DNA from: Chlamydiales bacterium | Lineage (GTDB): Bacteria > Chlamydiota > Chlamydiia > Chlamydiales > JAAKFR01 | Assembly: GCA_041395025.1 (NCBI GenBank) | Contig: JAWLBH010000001.1 | Location: 782,666 to 846,665 of the forward strand | Direction of reading: 5' to 3' | Length of the DNA stretch: 64,000 bases | Shown: positions 35,623-45,352 of the stretch, piece by piece | Layout of the letters: the number at the start of each line of letters is the position of its first letter | Numbering within the stretch: the first letter of the stretch is position 1 | Program-made: the position numbers and the translations under genes | Notes under the pieces: generated by a model | Told to the model about the DNA's origin: nothing | Seen by the model: only the letters and a program-made list of their open reading frames with translations | Databases searched by the model: none

Positions 35623-36933
35623 TTAAGCGACTAGTAAACGCGCTAAATGGTGTCCATTTAGGGGATGATTTTTACGTAAATTTCTTAATGCTTGCTGTCT
35701 ACGTGTTTTTTCTTCTTTAGATACATCATGTTTAAACAGCGTCATTTGTATCCGATAAGCTCGTTGGAAGTTTCCAATACGTGCTTCGCAAGCACTCAGA
35801 ATTTCCCAAGACATGAGATCATTTTTTAATTTTAGCGCAATATGAGCAAAGCTAATCCCTTTTTCTGGATAAAGCGTTTGTGAGAGTCCTACTCCAAACA
35901 TCCATGCAAGAGCTCTATATCCATGTGGATGCGAAGGAAATATTTGAATCAATTTTAAATAGATGTGTTCTGCTTCGAGCCATTTGTTTTGATTTTCGAG
36001 CGCAAGGGCATAATGGGAATAAATAGATGGCTCGGGTTGAGTTTTTTGAATCACTTCGTATAAATAACATTCTGCATAACGATATTTCTTGATACGTAGG
36101 GCACATAGACCGGCCTCTTTAAGCAGAGCGGGATTTTTTTCTTCCCATAATTTGCTTGATTGATAGATCAGTAAAGCTTTATGCATATGCCCTCGTTCTT
36201 GCAAACACATTCCAATGCCTAAAGTTGCAGTTAAATCAAAGGGATTTTTATCCAAAAGTGTACGAAAAATTTGTTCTGATTGAGCTAAATTACCGAGTCG
36301 TCTATAAGCATTGGCCAACTGAGTAGTTAATTGATGATTTTTATGTTTGAATTGAAAAGCTCGTTTATAGAAGCGAATAGCTTCATGGAATTGCTTTCGT
36401 TCAAAAAAAGTTTCGCCGACAAGGGCAAATAATTCACCATTATGAGATTTTTTAATCCAAGGTTCTAATAAATCGAAGGCTTGTTCCGGATAACCTGTAC
36501 GATTTAAGGCTTTTGCAAGTGCGAGAATCTCTTTTTCTCCTCGCATGATTGGGGTGCACACACGGAAAGCTTCTAGAGCTTCGTTAGGGCGATTCATTTC
36601 GAGAAGAGTTAATCCTTCTTCCATTCTAAAAAAGAGTTCTTCAGGATAGTTATGAGCAGCTTTAATAGATTTTTCAAGAGCTTCTTTAAGGTAACCTGTT
36701 CCTCGTAGAACTTGTATTTCTAAGCAAAGCACCTCTTTGCCTCCACGCCCAACTTCTAAAATAGGGATGAGTAGATCCTGAGCCCCTTTCCAGTTACCTA
36801 ATAAAATTTGTTGAGAGGCTCTTTTCATATTTTTTTGGATCATTTTTGAAGACAAATAAGGAGTTTGAATCCAATCACGAATAGCCAAGTAGAAAATAAA
36901 AGCCAATGTGATTAGGGAAATTAAGATAAACAT
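35623..36933 (-). CDS. Membrane-anchored TPR repeat protein
   Basis: N-terminal TM MFILISLITLAFIFYLAI followed by multiple 34-residue TPR-like repeats. It sits between secA and psd, as the hypothetical gene does in Chlamydia from memory. Confidence 0.7.
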   Translation of the reverse strand: MFILISLITLAFIFYLAIRDWIQTPYLSSKMIQKNMKRASQQILLGNWKGAQDLLIPILEVGRGGKEVLCLEIQVLRGTGYLKEALEKSIKAAHNYPEELFFRMEEGLTLLEMNRPNEALEAFRVCTPIMRGEKEILALAKALNRTGYPEQAFDLLEPWIKKSHNGELFALVGETFFERKQFHEAIRFYKRAFQFKHKNHQLTTQLANAYRRLGNLAQSEQIFRTLLDKNPFDLTATLGIGMCLQERGHMHKALLIYQSSKLWEEKNPALLKEAGLCALRIKKYRYAECYLYEVIQKTQPEPSIYSHYALALENQNKWLEAEHIYLKLIQIFPSHPHGYRALAWMFGVGLSQTLYPEKGISFAHIALKLKNDLMSWEILSACEARIGNFQRAYRIQMTLFKHDVSKEEKTRRQQALRNLRKNHPLNGHHLARLLVA

Positions 36934-36971
36934 AACTATCTCGATACCAAAATAAATAATTTAAACAAATA

Positions 36972-37859
36972 TTAAATATTATTTTCTATTGGTTGTCCAA
37001 AAAGACACAGTGTTTCAATCTTTTGAGAAGAATTCTCTAGTAAATAAGAATCAATTTGAATCGTATCGGGTTCAAAAAGCAGAATTAATGAAGAACCTCC
37101 AAATGAAAAAAATCCTTTTTCATCTCCTTTTTTGTAATATTTCCCTGGATGATAAGTTTGATGGATTGAACCCACCGCAGTAGCACCAATTTCTATGTAA
37201 GTAATTCTTCCATGTTTCGCCGTTTCTAGAGAGGTGATCATTCTTTTATTTTCGGTAAATACTTCAATACGTTGTCTAACAGAAATAGGGTTAACAGAGT
37301 AAAGAGAACCATTGATAAGTTGAGCAGTGTTCGGTAAACAGTCACAAGGAAAGTGAAAGCGATGGTAATCAGTCGGAGATAAACGTGCAAGAATCATACT
37401 TCCTTCCTCATAGATACGCGCAAGATCTGGATGTCCTATGAGTCGTGTTAATTCAAATTTTTTCCCTTTTACAAGAAAGCCGTCGCATTTTTTTATATTT
37501 TGATGAAAAAGATATCTTCCATCAGCTGGAAGGATCAGTCCTTTTGCAAGAGGGCGTGCTTTTTTTTTTAATTTTCTAGTAAAAAAATCATTAAAAGAGG
37601 GAAAAGCGTCAATGTCTTTTTCAAATTCAGAGGGGTCAATCTTATATTTCTTGATGAAAGGAACAATTTTTCTTTTAGTGAAAGGAAGGGATTGCCACCA
37701 TCCACAAAGAGTTGAAATCAGGGGTATAGAAGAGAGACGTTTAACTAAGAGACGACCAAGACGAGAACAATAGAGAAAACGCAAAGCGGATTCGCCATAG
37801 ATGTCTTCTTTTTTCAGCTCTCCTGTGTTTCGTTCTCTATAAAAAAGGATTGGAATCAA
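36972..37859 (-). CDS. psd: Phosphatidylserine decarboxylase proenzyme
   Basis: Conserved DYHRFHFP motif and the self-cleavage site FSFGGSS near the C-terminus. Confidence 0.9.
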   Translation of the reverse strand: MIPILFYRERNTGELKKEDIYGESALRFLYCSRLGRLLVKRLSSIPLISTLCGWWQSLPFTKRKIVPFIKKYKIDPSEFEKDIDAFPSFNDFFTRKLKKKARPLAKGLILPADGRYLFHQNIKKCDGFLVKGKKFELTRLIGHPDLARIYEEGSMILARLSPTDYHRFHFPCDCLPNTAQLINGSLYSVNPISVRQRIEVFTENKRMITSLETAKHGRITYIEIGATAVGSIHQTYHPGKYYKKGDEKGFFSFGGSSLILLFEPDTIQIDSYLLENSSQKIETLCLFGQPIENNI

Positions 37860-38137
37860 AGTTTTGCTTTCCTGAATGTGATGATAAACATCTATTTTTT
37901 CAAAAAATAGGCAAGCTAAGAGTTCTTCAGTATGTTATTGCACAGTGACAGTTGTTTTTTATACCATTGCTGTTATAAGCCTCTAGTTTTTTTGAGCAAA
38001 TAACCTTTTCCCATCATATTTATTAGGTCTTTGACCTATTCTTGGTATTTAATTCAAAAGAACTCCAAACAAAAAAGATTGGGACTAGAATCTTCATTAT
38101 ATTAGAATATATCTATTTTATTGAGGCTTGTAAAGAT

Positions 38138-39514
38138 ATGGATTTTGTCCATTCTTCTTTTAAACCCGGAGAGACAATTGCAGCCATTGCGACTCCTCTT
38201 GGAGAAGGAGGCATTGGGATTGTACGGATTTCAGGTGATCAGGCGATTAGAATTGCAAATTGTATTTTTTCTGGTCCTGTGGATTCTTATTCTTCTCATA
38301 CAGCTCATCTTGGGTTAGTAAGGGATACGAATGGAGATCGCATCGATCAAGCTCTACTCCTGATTATGCGTGCTCCTAAGTCTTATACTGGAGAAGATAC
38401 GATTGAAATCCAATGTCACGGAGGGGTGATTGTTACAAGAAAAATTTTAGAAGCAGCGCTCTCAGCTGGTGCTCGTGCTGCGCTTCCAGGAGAGTTCACA
38501 TTCAAAGCATTTATGAATGGGAAAATCGATTTAAGTCAAGCTGAGGCAGTTCAAGAACTAATCAGCGCAAAAAGTGAAGAGGCTTTTTCTATCGCAGGAA
38601 AGCAACTTGAGGGGAAATTGTCTGAAAAAATAGCTGCTTTCCAACAAGAGCTAAATCGCATAGGAGCAATTTTTGAGGCTTGGGTTGATTTTCCAGAAGA
38701 GGGTCCTTTTTTTCTTGCAAAAGAAGAATTATTGGTGAATTTGCAAGATTTAGCTAAAGAGATACAGTGTCTTATCAAGACGTTTCACGATGGAAAAAAA
38801 CTCCAGCGAGGGGTTTCAGTGGGTATTATTGGAGCTCCAAATGCGGGTAAATCTTCGCTTATGAATGCATTATTAGAAGAAGATCGAGCCATTGTAACTT
38901 CGATTCCAGGGACAACTCGAGATCTTTTGTGCGAAGAGATCACGATGAGTGGTTTTCTTTTTCATTTAATAGATACAGCCGGGATTCGTAAAACTGAAGA
39001 AACTGTAGAAAAAGAGGGGATTCGTCGTTCTAGGGAAGTGCTTCATGAATCAGAATTAGTGTTGTTAGTGATAGATGGATCTACCCATTTAGAAGAAGAG
39101 GACTACGAACTTTTGTCAAGTGTATCAAATGAAAAAACCATAATTGTTTGGAATAAATCTGATCTTCCAAGAAAGGGGTCTCATTTGATGAATTTTCCAT
39201 ATCAGGTGGAAATCTCAGCTAAACATCATGTTGGATTAGATCAGTTAAAAGAACAAATCAATCGTTTGATTTGGAATAAAGGGACTATTGCAAAGAATGA
39301 GATATTAATTACTAAAACACGTCATCAAGAAGCATTAAAAGAGGCGAGTCAAGCTCTCGAATTAGTCATTCAAGGTCTAAATCAAGGGCTCTCTCCAGAA
39401 TTTTTGTCTATAGACATAAGGACGGCTCTTAAGGGATTAGGACGTATTATTGGTACGAATATTAGTGAGGATTTACTATCTTCTATCTTTTCTCAATTCT
39501 GTATCGGCAAATGA
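38138..39514 (+). CDS. mnmE: tRNA modification GTPase MnmE (TrmE/ThdF)
   Basis: N-terminus ETIAAIATPLGEGGIGIVRISG. G1 GAPNAGKSSL. G3 DTAGIR. G4 NKSD. The C-terminal CIGK motif is present. Start moved to ATG 38138 (M33 of the track ORF). Confidence 0.95.
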   Translation: MDFVHSSFKPGETIAAIATPLGEGGIGIVRISGDQAIRIANCIFSGPVDSYSSHTAHLGLVRDTNGDRIDQALLLIMRAPKSYTGEDTIEIQCHGGVIVTRKILEAALSAGARAALPGEFTFKAFMNGKIDLSQAEAVQELISAKSEEAFSIAGKQLEGKLSEKIAAFQQELNRIGAIFEAWVDFPEEGPFFLAKEELLVNLQDLAKEIQCLIKTFHDGKKLQRGVSVGIIGAPNAGKSSLMNALLEEDRAIVTSIPGTTRDLLCEEITMSGFLFHLIDTAGIRKTEETVEKEGIRRSREVLHESELVLLVIDGSTHLEEEDYELLSSVSNEKTIIVWNKSDLPRKGSHLMNFPYQVEISAKHHVGLDQLKEQINRLIWNKGTIAKNEILITKTRHQEALKEASQALELVIQGLNQGLSPEFLSIDIRTALKGLGRIIGTNISEDLLSSIFSQFCIGK

Positions 39515-40119
39515 ATATAGAAATTGTTCGTACTCTTTTGAATCAATATATTCCAAATCCTCAAATCCCTTTATTTCACAAAGATCCATATACTCTCTTG
39601 ATTGCTGTTTTACTTTCAGCGCAATCAACAGATAAAATGGTCAATCGCATTACCCCTTTATTGTTTAAAAAAGCTTCAACTCCAGAAGAGATGGTAAAGC
39701 TTTCTGTTGATGAGATCCAATCGATTATTCAACCGATTGGATTATCTCCTCGAAAAGCCAAAGCCATTAAGGAACTTTCTTCTCAACTTTTAAAAAATCA
39801 TTGTGGGAAAGTTCCTAATTCTTTTGCAGCCCTTGAAGCTCTTCCTGGTGTTGGCCACAAAACTGCATCGGTTGTTATGGTGCAAATATTTCATTTACCC
39901 GCTTTCCCTGTTGATACTCATATTTATCGTTGTGCACATCGTTGGGGATTGTCAAAAGAAGCAAATATAAAGTTAGTTGAACAAGATCTAAAAAAAAAAT
40001 TTCATATCAATGAGTGGGGACGGATACATTTACAGATCATTCTTTATGCTCGACAATATTGTCCTGCACGTGGGCATAGTATGAATAAGTGTTCAATTTG
40101 TAGAACTTTAAAAAACTGA
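39511..40119 (+). CDS. nth: Endonuclease III (HhH-GPD DNA glycosylase)
   Basis: HhH-GPD motif LEALPGVGHKTASVV...PVDTHIYR. 4-nt overlap with mnmE. The C-terminal Cys cluster appears to have only three closely spaced Cys. Confidence 0.88.
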   Translation: MNIEIVRTLLNQYIPNPQIPLFHKDPYTLLIAVLLSAQSTDKMVNRITPLLFKKASTPEEMVKLSVDEIQSIIQPIGLSPRKAKAIKELSSQLLKNHCGKVPNSFAALEALPGVGHKTASVVMVQIFHLPAFPVDTHIYRCAHRWGLSKEANIKLVEQDLKKKFHINEWGRIHLQIILYARQYCPARGHSMNKCSICRTLKN

Positions 40120-40169
40120 GATCCAAAATATTTTTTAGTAATGTTTTAGTAAAGAAGAGGAAGTTTCAC

Positions 40170-40198
40170 TTGCAACTTTTTCATCTTACATTTAAAAT
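40170..40198 (+). promoter_or_regulatory. Candidate promoter TTGCAA-17-TAAAAT for brnQ
   Basis: -35 at 40170-40175, 17-nt spacer, -10 at 40193-40198. It is followed by an approx 120-nt leader. The leader contains a 7-bp hairpin (40252-40270, CTCCTTT/AAAGGAG) with a T-rich tail and a 5-codon uORF (40303-40320, MILNL). Confidence 0.35.
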
Positions 40199-40322
40199 TA
40201 GTTAGAGTGTTCTATATCAGCAAAATTCATTTAATTTCTCTCTTTACTCTCCTCCTTTTATAGAAAGGAGTTCTCTTCTTTCTAACTCAAGAATTTTTAC
40301 TCATGATCCTAAATCTTTGAAG

Positions 40323-41534
40323 ATGGTGAAAAAGGAAAATATGGCATTAACGAATCAAAAAAAAGGGACTATTTGGTCAACAGGCCTTGCAATATTTGCG
40401 ATGTTTTTTGGAGCAGGAAATATCGTATTTCCTTTAGCCCTTGGTCAATTGACTCAAGATAAAATTTTTTTTGGTATTTTTGGCCTGATTATTACTGCAG
40501 TGATCGTCCCTCTCTTAGGACTATTAGCGATGCTTTTATATCATGGAAATTATGTTTTGTTTTTCCAACGTATTGGTAAAGTTCCAGGATTTTTAGTGAC
40601 CATTATGATTCTTTCATTGATTGGTCCTTTTGGAGGGATTCCCCGTTGTATTACGATTGCTTTTTCGACTCTTGAGATCTCTGGTTTAAAAAATTTCTAC
40701 GGATTAAACTTAACCACATTTAGTCTCATTTCGTGTGGAATCATTTATTTATTTACATTTCGTGCAAATAAAATTGTTTCTCTTTTAGGCTACCTCCTCA
40801 CTCCTATTCTTCTCTTGTCTCTCGCTCTTATCATCGTGAAAGGATTTATTCAAATGCCTTATCCCGCTCCTTCTTTCTATTCGGGTCCCCAAATGTTTCT
40901 AAGAGGTCTGCTTGATGGATATAATACAATGGATCTTTTAGCCGCTTTTTTCTTTTCTTCAGTTGTTTTACTTTGTTTAAGAGAAAGTCATATAGTTAAA
41001 GAAGTTTCAGAAAAAGAAAACCGTTCATTCTTAAAAATCGCTCTCTATGGGAGCATTATTTCAGCCTGTCTGCTGACAGTTGTCTATCTTTCATTTTCTT
41101 TTATTGCTGCTGGTTTTAGCCCCAGTTTAGCTTTGCTGTCGAATCATCAAATGCTTGGTTCATTAGCTTACCAAATCTTAGGACCCTATGCTGGTATGGT
41201 CGCTTCTCTTGCTGTTTGTTTGGCCTGTTTAACAACAGAAATTGCTTTAACAGCCGTTTTTGCAGAATATTTGCATGAAAACTTTTTTAAACATAAAATT
41301 TCTTACCAGATTTCTCTATTCATCACTCTTGGGCTCTCTTTTTTAATTTCTACCCTGCATTTCGAAGGCATTGCTTCTTTTCTTGTCCCGATTTTGCAAG
41401 TCTTTTATCCAGCGCTTATCGTATTATGTGTTCTTAATATACTATATAAACTTTTTGATTTTCAGCCGGTTAAGGGGATTTTCTACGGAATATCTGGACT
41501 TACCTTGTTGATACGTTTATTCCTATATACATAG
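40323..41534 (+). CDS. brnQ: Branched-chain amino acid transport system II carrier (LIVCS family)
   Basis: BrnQ N-terminal signature GLAIFAMFFGAGNIVFPLALG and about 12 TM segments. Start taken at ATG 40323; the track start is TTG 40317, and ATG 40344 (MALTNQ) is also possible. Confidence 0.9.
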   Translation: MVKKENMALTNQKKGTIWSTGLAIFAMFFGAGNIVFPLALGQLTQDKIFFGIFGLIITAVIVPLLGLLAMLLYHGNYVLFFQRIGKVPGFLVTIMILSLIGPFGGIPRCITIAFSTLEISGLKNFYGLNLTTFSLISCGIIYLFTFRANKIVSLLGYLLTPILLLSLALIIVKGFIQMPYPAPSFYSGPQMFLRGLLDGYNTMDLLAAFFFSSVVLLCLRESHIVKEVSEKENRSFLKIALYGSIISACLLTVVYLSFSFIAAGFSPSLALLSNHQMLGSLAYQILGPYAGMVASLAVCLACLTTEIALTAVFAEYLHENFFKHKISYQISLFITLGLSFLISTLHFEGIASFLVPILQVFYPALIVLCVLNILYKLFDFQPVKGIFYGISGLTLLIRLFLYT

Positions 41535-41682
41535 GGGTTTTGATCGAGGCTTTTGAAAAGAGCCATTGCTTTTTCAATGCGATCAATTGAATAGAAAAAA
41601 ATATCGCAAAGAAGCCTATCGATCCCTAGGATCGGGCCGATCATCTGTGGAGAGATTTTTTTATGAGACAAAAAGATGAGTT

Positions 41683-44600
41683 ATGGATTTAGAAATTTTT
41701 AGATTTCAAGCTGAGACAATGGTGAAAAACGGATGTGTTAGAGAGGTACTCTTTTCAAAAGGGACCTATCAAATAGAAGTTTATGATCCGGAATTTCAAA
41801 CAGCTTTTTGGCCTTTTCTTCAGTTTGATGAGGAAGAAGTCATCGAGGATGCTTTTTGTTCATGTTCTTTAGAAAATGGGTTTGGATGTGTTCATCTCAT
41901 GGCAGCTTATCTAAAGATAAGCAATAAAGGAGAACTTCTTCATTTACGCTTTGAAAATTCTTTTTGGAATGTACTCTGCACCTTGTCTGCTGATCATATT
42001 GGATATGAAGGGCACTGTTTAAAAAAAAAAGAAACAGGAAGATACATATTTCAAAATGCCATTTTTTTCATGATTCTAGGAACAAAGAAAAAAGCACAAG
42101 AAAGGCTTAGGAAGTGGGTTGAGGATAGGGTAGTTGAAACTCCAGAAAATTCGATTAAATTTTCTAATCTTTCTCAGGAAGAAATTCATTGGTGGCGTAA
42201 AGGAAGACCTAGCCCTGCTCTACGTTATTCTCTTTCTTTTTGGTCTGATTTGGCTAAATGGGCGTTATTACACGAAGATCAGGCATCAATTTGTTTTTAT
42301 GAGGGATTAGAAGGATTACCAACTCATTTAAATGTCACTTTCCCAGATTTTGAGATGATTTGGAAAATGCAACCTAGAGATCTCGAAAAGTGGATTCCAA
42401 CTCTTTCAACAATTGATAGCCCATTAAAACTTTTGCATAGAGTCGAAGGAAAAATTAACCACATCGATTACGATCGAAAAACCCGATCTTTTCATATCTC
42501 ACAATCTAAAAAAAACATTAGAAAGCAAGGAGAAAAAACCAAAACCATTGGAGAATGGGATTATCTTTCTGGTAAGGGGTTTTTCTCTAAAAATGAAGAT
42601 TTTTTTCTCGATTATAGATGCATTGAAGAGGAAAAAGTTTCTGAATTTTTGACAAATTATTCAGAGGTAATTCTTCCTTTTATTTTTATTGATAAAAAGC
42701 CGACTAACCTTTCTTATACTCTACACTTTGACCAGGATTGGCATTGGCATTTTAGGGCATATCTTTTTGAAAAAGAAGATCTGCAACAAGATGATGGACA
42801 TCTATTTAAACACTGGGTCTATCTGCCTAATCGAGGATTTTTTGCAGTTAAGAATGTCTTGTTTAAAGAAAAAAAAGTGATTTTGTTTCCATTTCAGGTC
42901 TCTCATTTTGTTAACCATCATCGTATTTGGTTGAATGGACAAGAGGGATTTCAAACACATTTAGCAAGCATAGACGCTTATTTAACTTATTCCATTACAA
43001 AGAACCAAAATCTCTATTTTCATACAAAATCTCCTTTTCAATCGATAGATTCGTATGATTTTGGAGATTGGATTTATTATGGAAAATTAGGATTTTTTTC
43101 TAAAAAATATGCTCGTTTAGGTCCTGCAATACGTCCTGGCATGGAGATTTTTTCTGGAGACGTATCTGATTTTATCAAAAAGAATTATGAAGAAGTGGAG
43201 TGTATTCCTCATTTTTTTATGGACCATCTTCCTCTGACAGAAAGAGGATTGGAAATAACGGTTAAATCAGAGAGCTCTATTCAAATCAAGCCAGTGTGTA
43301 AAGGGGAAGAGCATATTTTCTTCTATGGAGATTTTGTTTACAAACAAGGAGAGGGATTTTATGAACTGCCAATGAATATGCGTCTGCCCCAAAAATACCA
43401 AATTGAAAGAATAATTTCCCAAGAGCAGTTAGCAGATTTTTTTACTCATGAATTGCCTCAAATTGCCACTTATCTTCTATTTATCGATAAGCGTTTAAAG
43501 TTACCTTATAAATTAGATCTTGAAGTGAGTGACCTTATGCGTACAAAGGGTGGAGATTTTAAAGCAAAATTTGAATTTCTCACTGAATATGGACGGATTA
43601 CACTCACTGAAATTGCTCAAGGTTATCAAAAAAAACAACGTTATCTTTTCACAAATGGTGGATTCATTGATCTACATGATCAAAAATTCCAATGGATTCA
43701 TCAATATATTCCATCAAAAGATTTAAAATTCATTGAATTGACTGCTCTTGAATTTATTCGACTTGACACCACTTTTCCTCTTCTTACTTCTTCCTTAGAT
43801 AATCTAAATAGAAAGATGACCGATCAAATTTTGGAAGAATTTCGCGAATGTATTCCTTATGAAAAACCTGTCATTACGGGGTTAAAAAGCAAGCTACGCT
43901 TATATCAGGAAATCGGTTTGGATTGGTTATGGTTTTTGTATCAAAACAAATTGTCTGCACTTCTTTGTGATGAGATGGGCTTAGGTAAAACTCATCAAGC
44001 TATGGGATTAATCAGTGCAGCTTTGAATCAGGGAAAGAAATCTAAAAAAAAAATTTTAGTAGTTTGTCCTACCTCTGTGATTTACCATTGGCAAGATAAG
44101 CTAGAGACCTTTTTACCTGAAGTCACCTTACATACTTTCTATGGTCTAAATCGTGCATTAGAGGACATTCCAGATGAGGGAATTGTACTCACCACATATG
44201 GTATCCTTCGATTAGATAAGCATCTGCTGGAGAAAATATTTTTTGAGGTTGTAATTTTTGATGAAATTCAAGTGGCAAAAAATGCTTCGAGTCGGATTCA
44301 CAAGGCACTGACTCATATTCAGGCGCGCATGCGTCTTGGCTTAACAGGAACTCCTATTGAAAACAATTTATATGAGCTGAAAGCACTTTTTGACATTATT
44401 CTTCCTGGGTATATGCCCTCAGAGGTACGCTATCGAAAAATATTTATCGATCCGATCGAGAGAGAAGATGATGAGAAAAAATCACTTTTGCGTCAGATAA
44501 TTCGCCCTTTTGTTTTAAGACGTCGTAAAAGCGAAGTCATTCAAGAACTTCCTGCAAAAAGCGAAGATAAGTCCTATTGTGAGCTTTCTCAGCAACAATA

Positions 44601-45309
44601 TGATCTCTATCAAGCCTCTTTTTCTAAAGACTATGATCAATTAATGATTGAATTACAAAACTCTCAGATGCCAGTTAACTATCTACATATTTTTGCTCTT
44701 CTTTCTCGGTTAAAACAAATCTGTAACCATCCTGCGCTTGTAGAAAAGAAGCCTCAGGATTATAAAAAATACCAATCAGGCAAATGGGACCTTTTTGTTG
44801 AATTGATTGAAGAAGCACGAGAGAGTGAACAGAAAGTGGTGGTTTTTTCCCAATATCTTCACATGCTTGACATCGTAGAAAATTATTTAAAAGAAAAAAG
44901 ATGGGGCTATGCTCAGATTCGGGGGAAAACCGTGAATCGAAAGAAAGAATTAAAAAAATTCCAGGAAGATCCTAATTGTGTTGTGTTCATTGGCTCTCTA
45001 CAGGCAGCAGGCCTAGGCATTGATTTAACTGCTGCAAGTGTGGTGATTATGTATGATCGGTGGTGGAATGCTGCTAGAGAAAATCAAGCGATTGACCGTG
45101 TCCATCGTATAGGTCAAAAATGGGGAGTACAAGTCTATAAATTGATTACAAAAGGAACAATTGAAGAAAAAATTGATCAGATGATTTCAAGAAAAGCTCA
45201 GCTTTTAGAAGAGATAGTGCATGCTGATGATCAGCTTGTTTTGAAAAAATTGACTCGCTCAGAATTAATCGAATTACTTACGTATGATCAGCTGATGAAA
45301 GAAAAATAA
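41683..45309 (+). CDS. SNF2-family helicase with N-terminal SWIM zinc finger
   Basis: SWIM CSCSLENGFGCVHLMA. SNF2 motifs LCDEMGLGKTHQA, VIFDEIQVAKN, LTGTPIENN. Helicase C motifs FIGSLQAAGLGIDLTAA and NQAIDRVHRIGQ. The brnQ-SNF2 adjacency matches Chlamydia from memory. Confidence 0.92.
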   Translation: MDLEIFRFQAETMVKNGCVREVLFSKGTYQIEVYDPEFQTAFWPFLQFDEEEVIEDAFCSCSLENGFGCVHLMAAYLKISNKGELLHLRFENSFWNVLCTLSADHIGYEGHCLKKKETGRYIFQNAIFFMILGTKKKAQERLRKWVEDRVVETPENSIKFSNLSQEEIHWWRKGRPSPALRYSLSFWSDLAKWALLHEDQASICFYEGLEGLPTHLNVTFPDFEMIWKMQPRDLEKWIPTLSTIDSPLKLLHRVEGKINHIDYDRKTRSFHISQSKKNIRKQGEKTKTIGEWDYLSGKGFFSKNEDFFLDYRCIEEEKVSEFLTNYSEVILPFIFIDKKPTNLSYTLHFDQDWHWHFRAYLFEKEDLQQDDGHLFKHWVYLPNRGFFAVKNVLFKEKKVILFPFQVSHFVNHHRIWLNGQEGFQTHLASIDAYLTYSITKNQNLYFHTKSPFQSIDSYDFGDWIYYGKLGFFSKKYARLGPAIRPGMEIFSGDVSDFIKKNYEEVECIPHFFMDHLPLTERGLEITVKSESSIQIKPVCKGEEHIFFYGDFVYKQGEGFYELPMNMRLPQKYQIERIISQEQLADFFTHELPQIATYLLFIDKRLKLPYKLDLEVSDLMRTKGGDFKAKFEFLTEYGRITLTEIAQGYQKKQRYLFTNGGFIDLHDQKFQWIHQYIPSKDLKFIELTALEFIRLDTTFPLLTSSLDNLNRKMTDQILEEFRECIPYEKPVITGLKSKLRLYQEIGLDWLWFLYQNKLSALLCDEMGLGKTHQAMGLISAALNQGKKSKKKILVVCPTSVIYHWQDKLETFLPEVTLHTFYGLNRALEDIPDEGIVLTTYGILRLDKHLLEKIFFEVVIFDEIQVAKNASSRIHKALTHIQARMRLGLTGTPIENNLYELKALFDIILPGYMPSEVRYRKIFIDPIEREDDEKKSLLRQIIRPFVLRRRKSEVIQELPAKSEDKSYCELSQQQYDLYQASFSKDYDQLMIELQNSQMPVNYLHIFALLSRLKQICNHPALVEKKPQDYKKYQSGKWDLFVELIEEARESEQKVVVFSQYLHMLDIVENYLKEKRWGYAQIRGKTVNRKKELKKFQEDPNCVVFIGSLQAAGLGIDLTAASVVIMYDRWWNAARENQAIDRVHRIGQKWGVQVYKLITKGTIEEKIDQMISRKAQLLEEIVHADDQLVLKKLTRSELIELLTYDQLMKEK

Positions 45310-45338
45310 AAAAGGAAGGATTTGTCCTTCCTTTTTTA
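45310..45338. terminator. Bidirectional rho-independent terminator between the convergent SNF2 and OMP genes
   Basis: Perfect 9-bp stem AAGGAAGGA (45312-45320) and TCCTTCCTT (45325-45333) with loop TTTG. It is flanked by an A-run upstream and a T-run downstream, so it can function on both strands. Confidence 0.8.
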
Positions 45339-45352
45339 TCATTAGGGCTTGT

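Noticed and set aside
40060-40119. Endonuclease III C-terminus shows only three closely spaced Cys (C-x9-C-x2-C, then stop) instead of the usual four-Cys [4Fe-4S] cluster loop. This could mean truncation or a pseudogene.
   Set aside because: The rest of the protein is intact with an HhH-GPD motif, and another Cys lies upstream (RCAHRWG). The stop is followed by a normal intergenic region with no frameshift remnant. This cannot be judged without an alignment to chlamydial Nth orthologs.
41483-41671. 62-aa minus-strand ORF spanning the brnQ 3' end and the brnQ/SNF2 intergenic region, plus small palindromes there (for example CGATCC-CTA-GGATCG)
   Set aside because: The ORF overlaps the brnQ C-terminus and has no SD or recognisable features. 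The palindromes have only 4-6-bp stems with no U-tract, which is too weak to call a terminator or an RNA gene.
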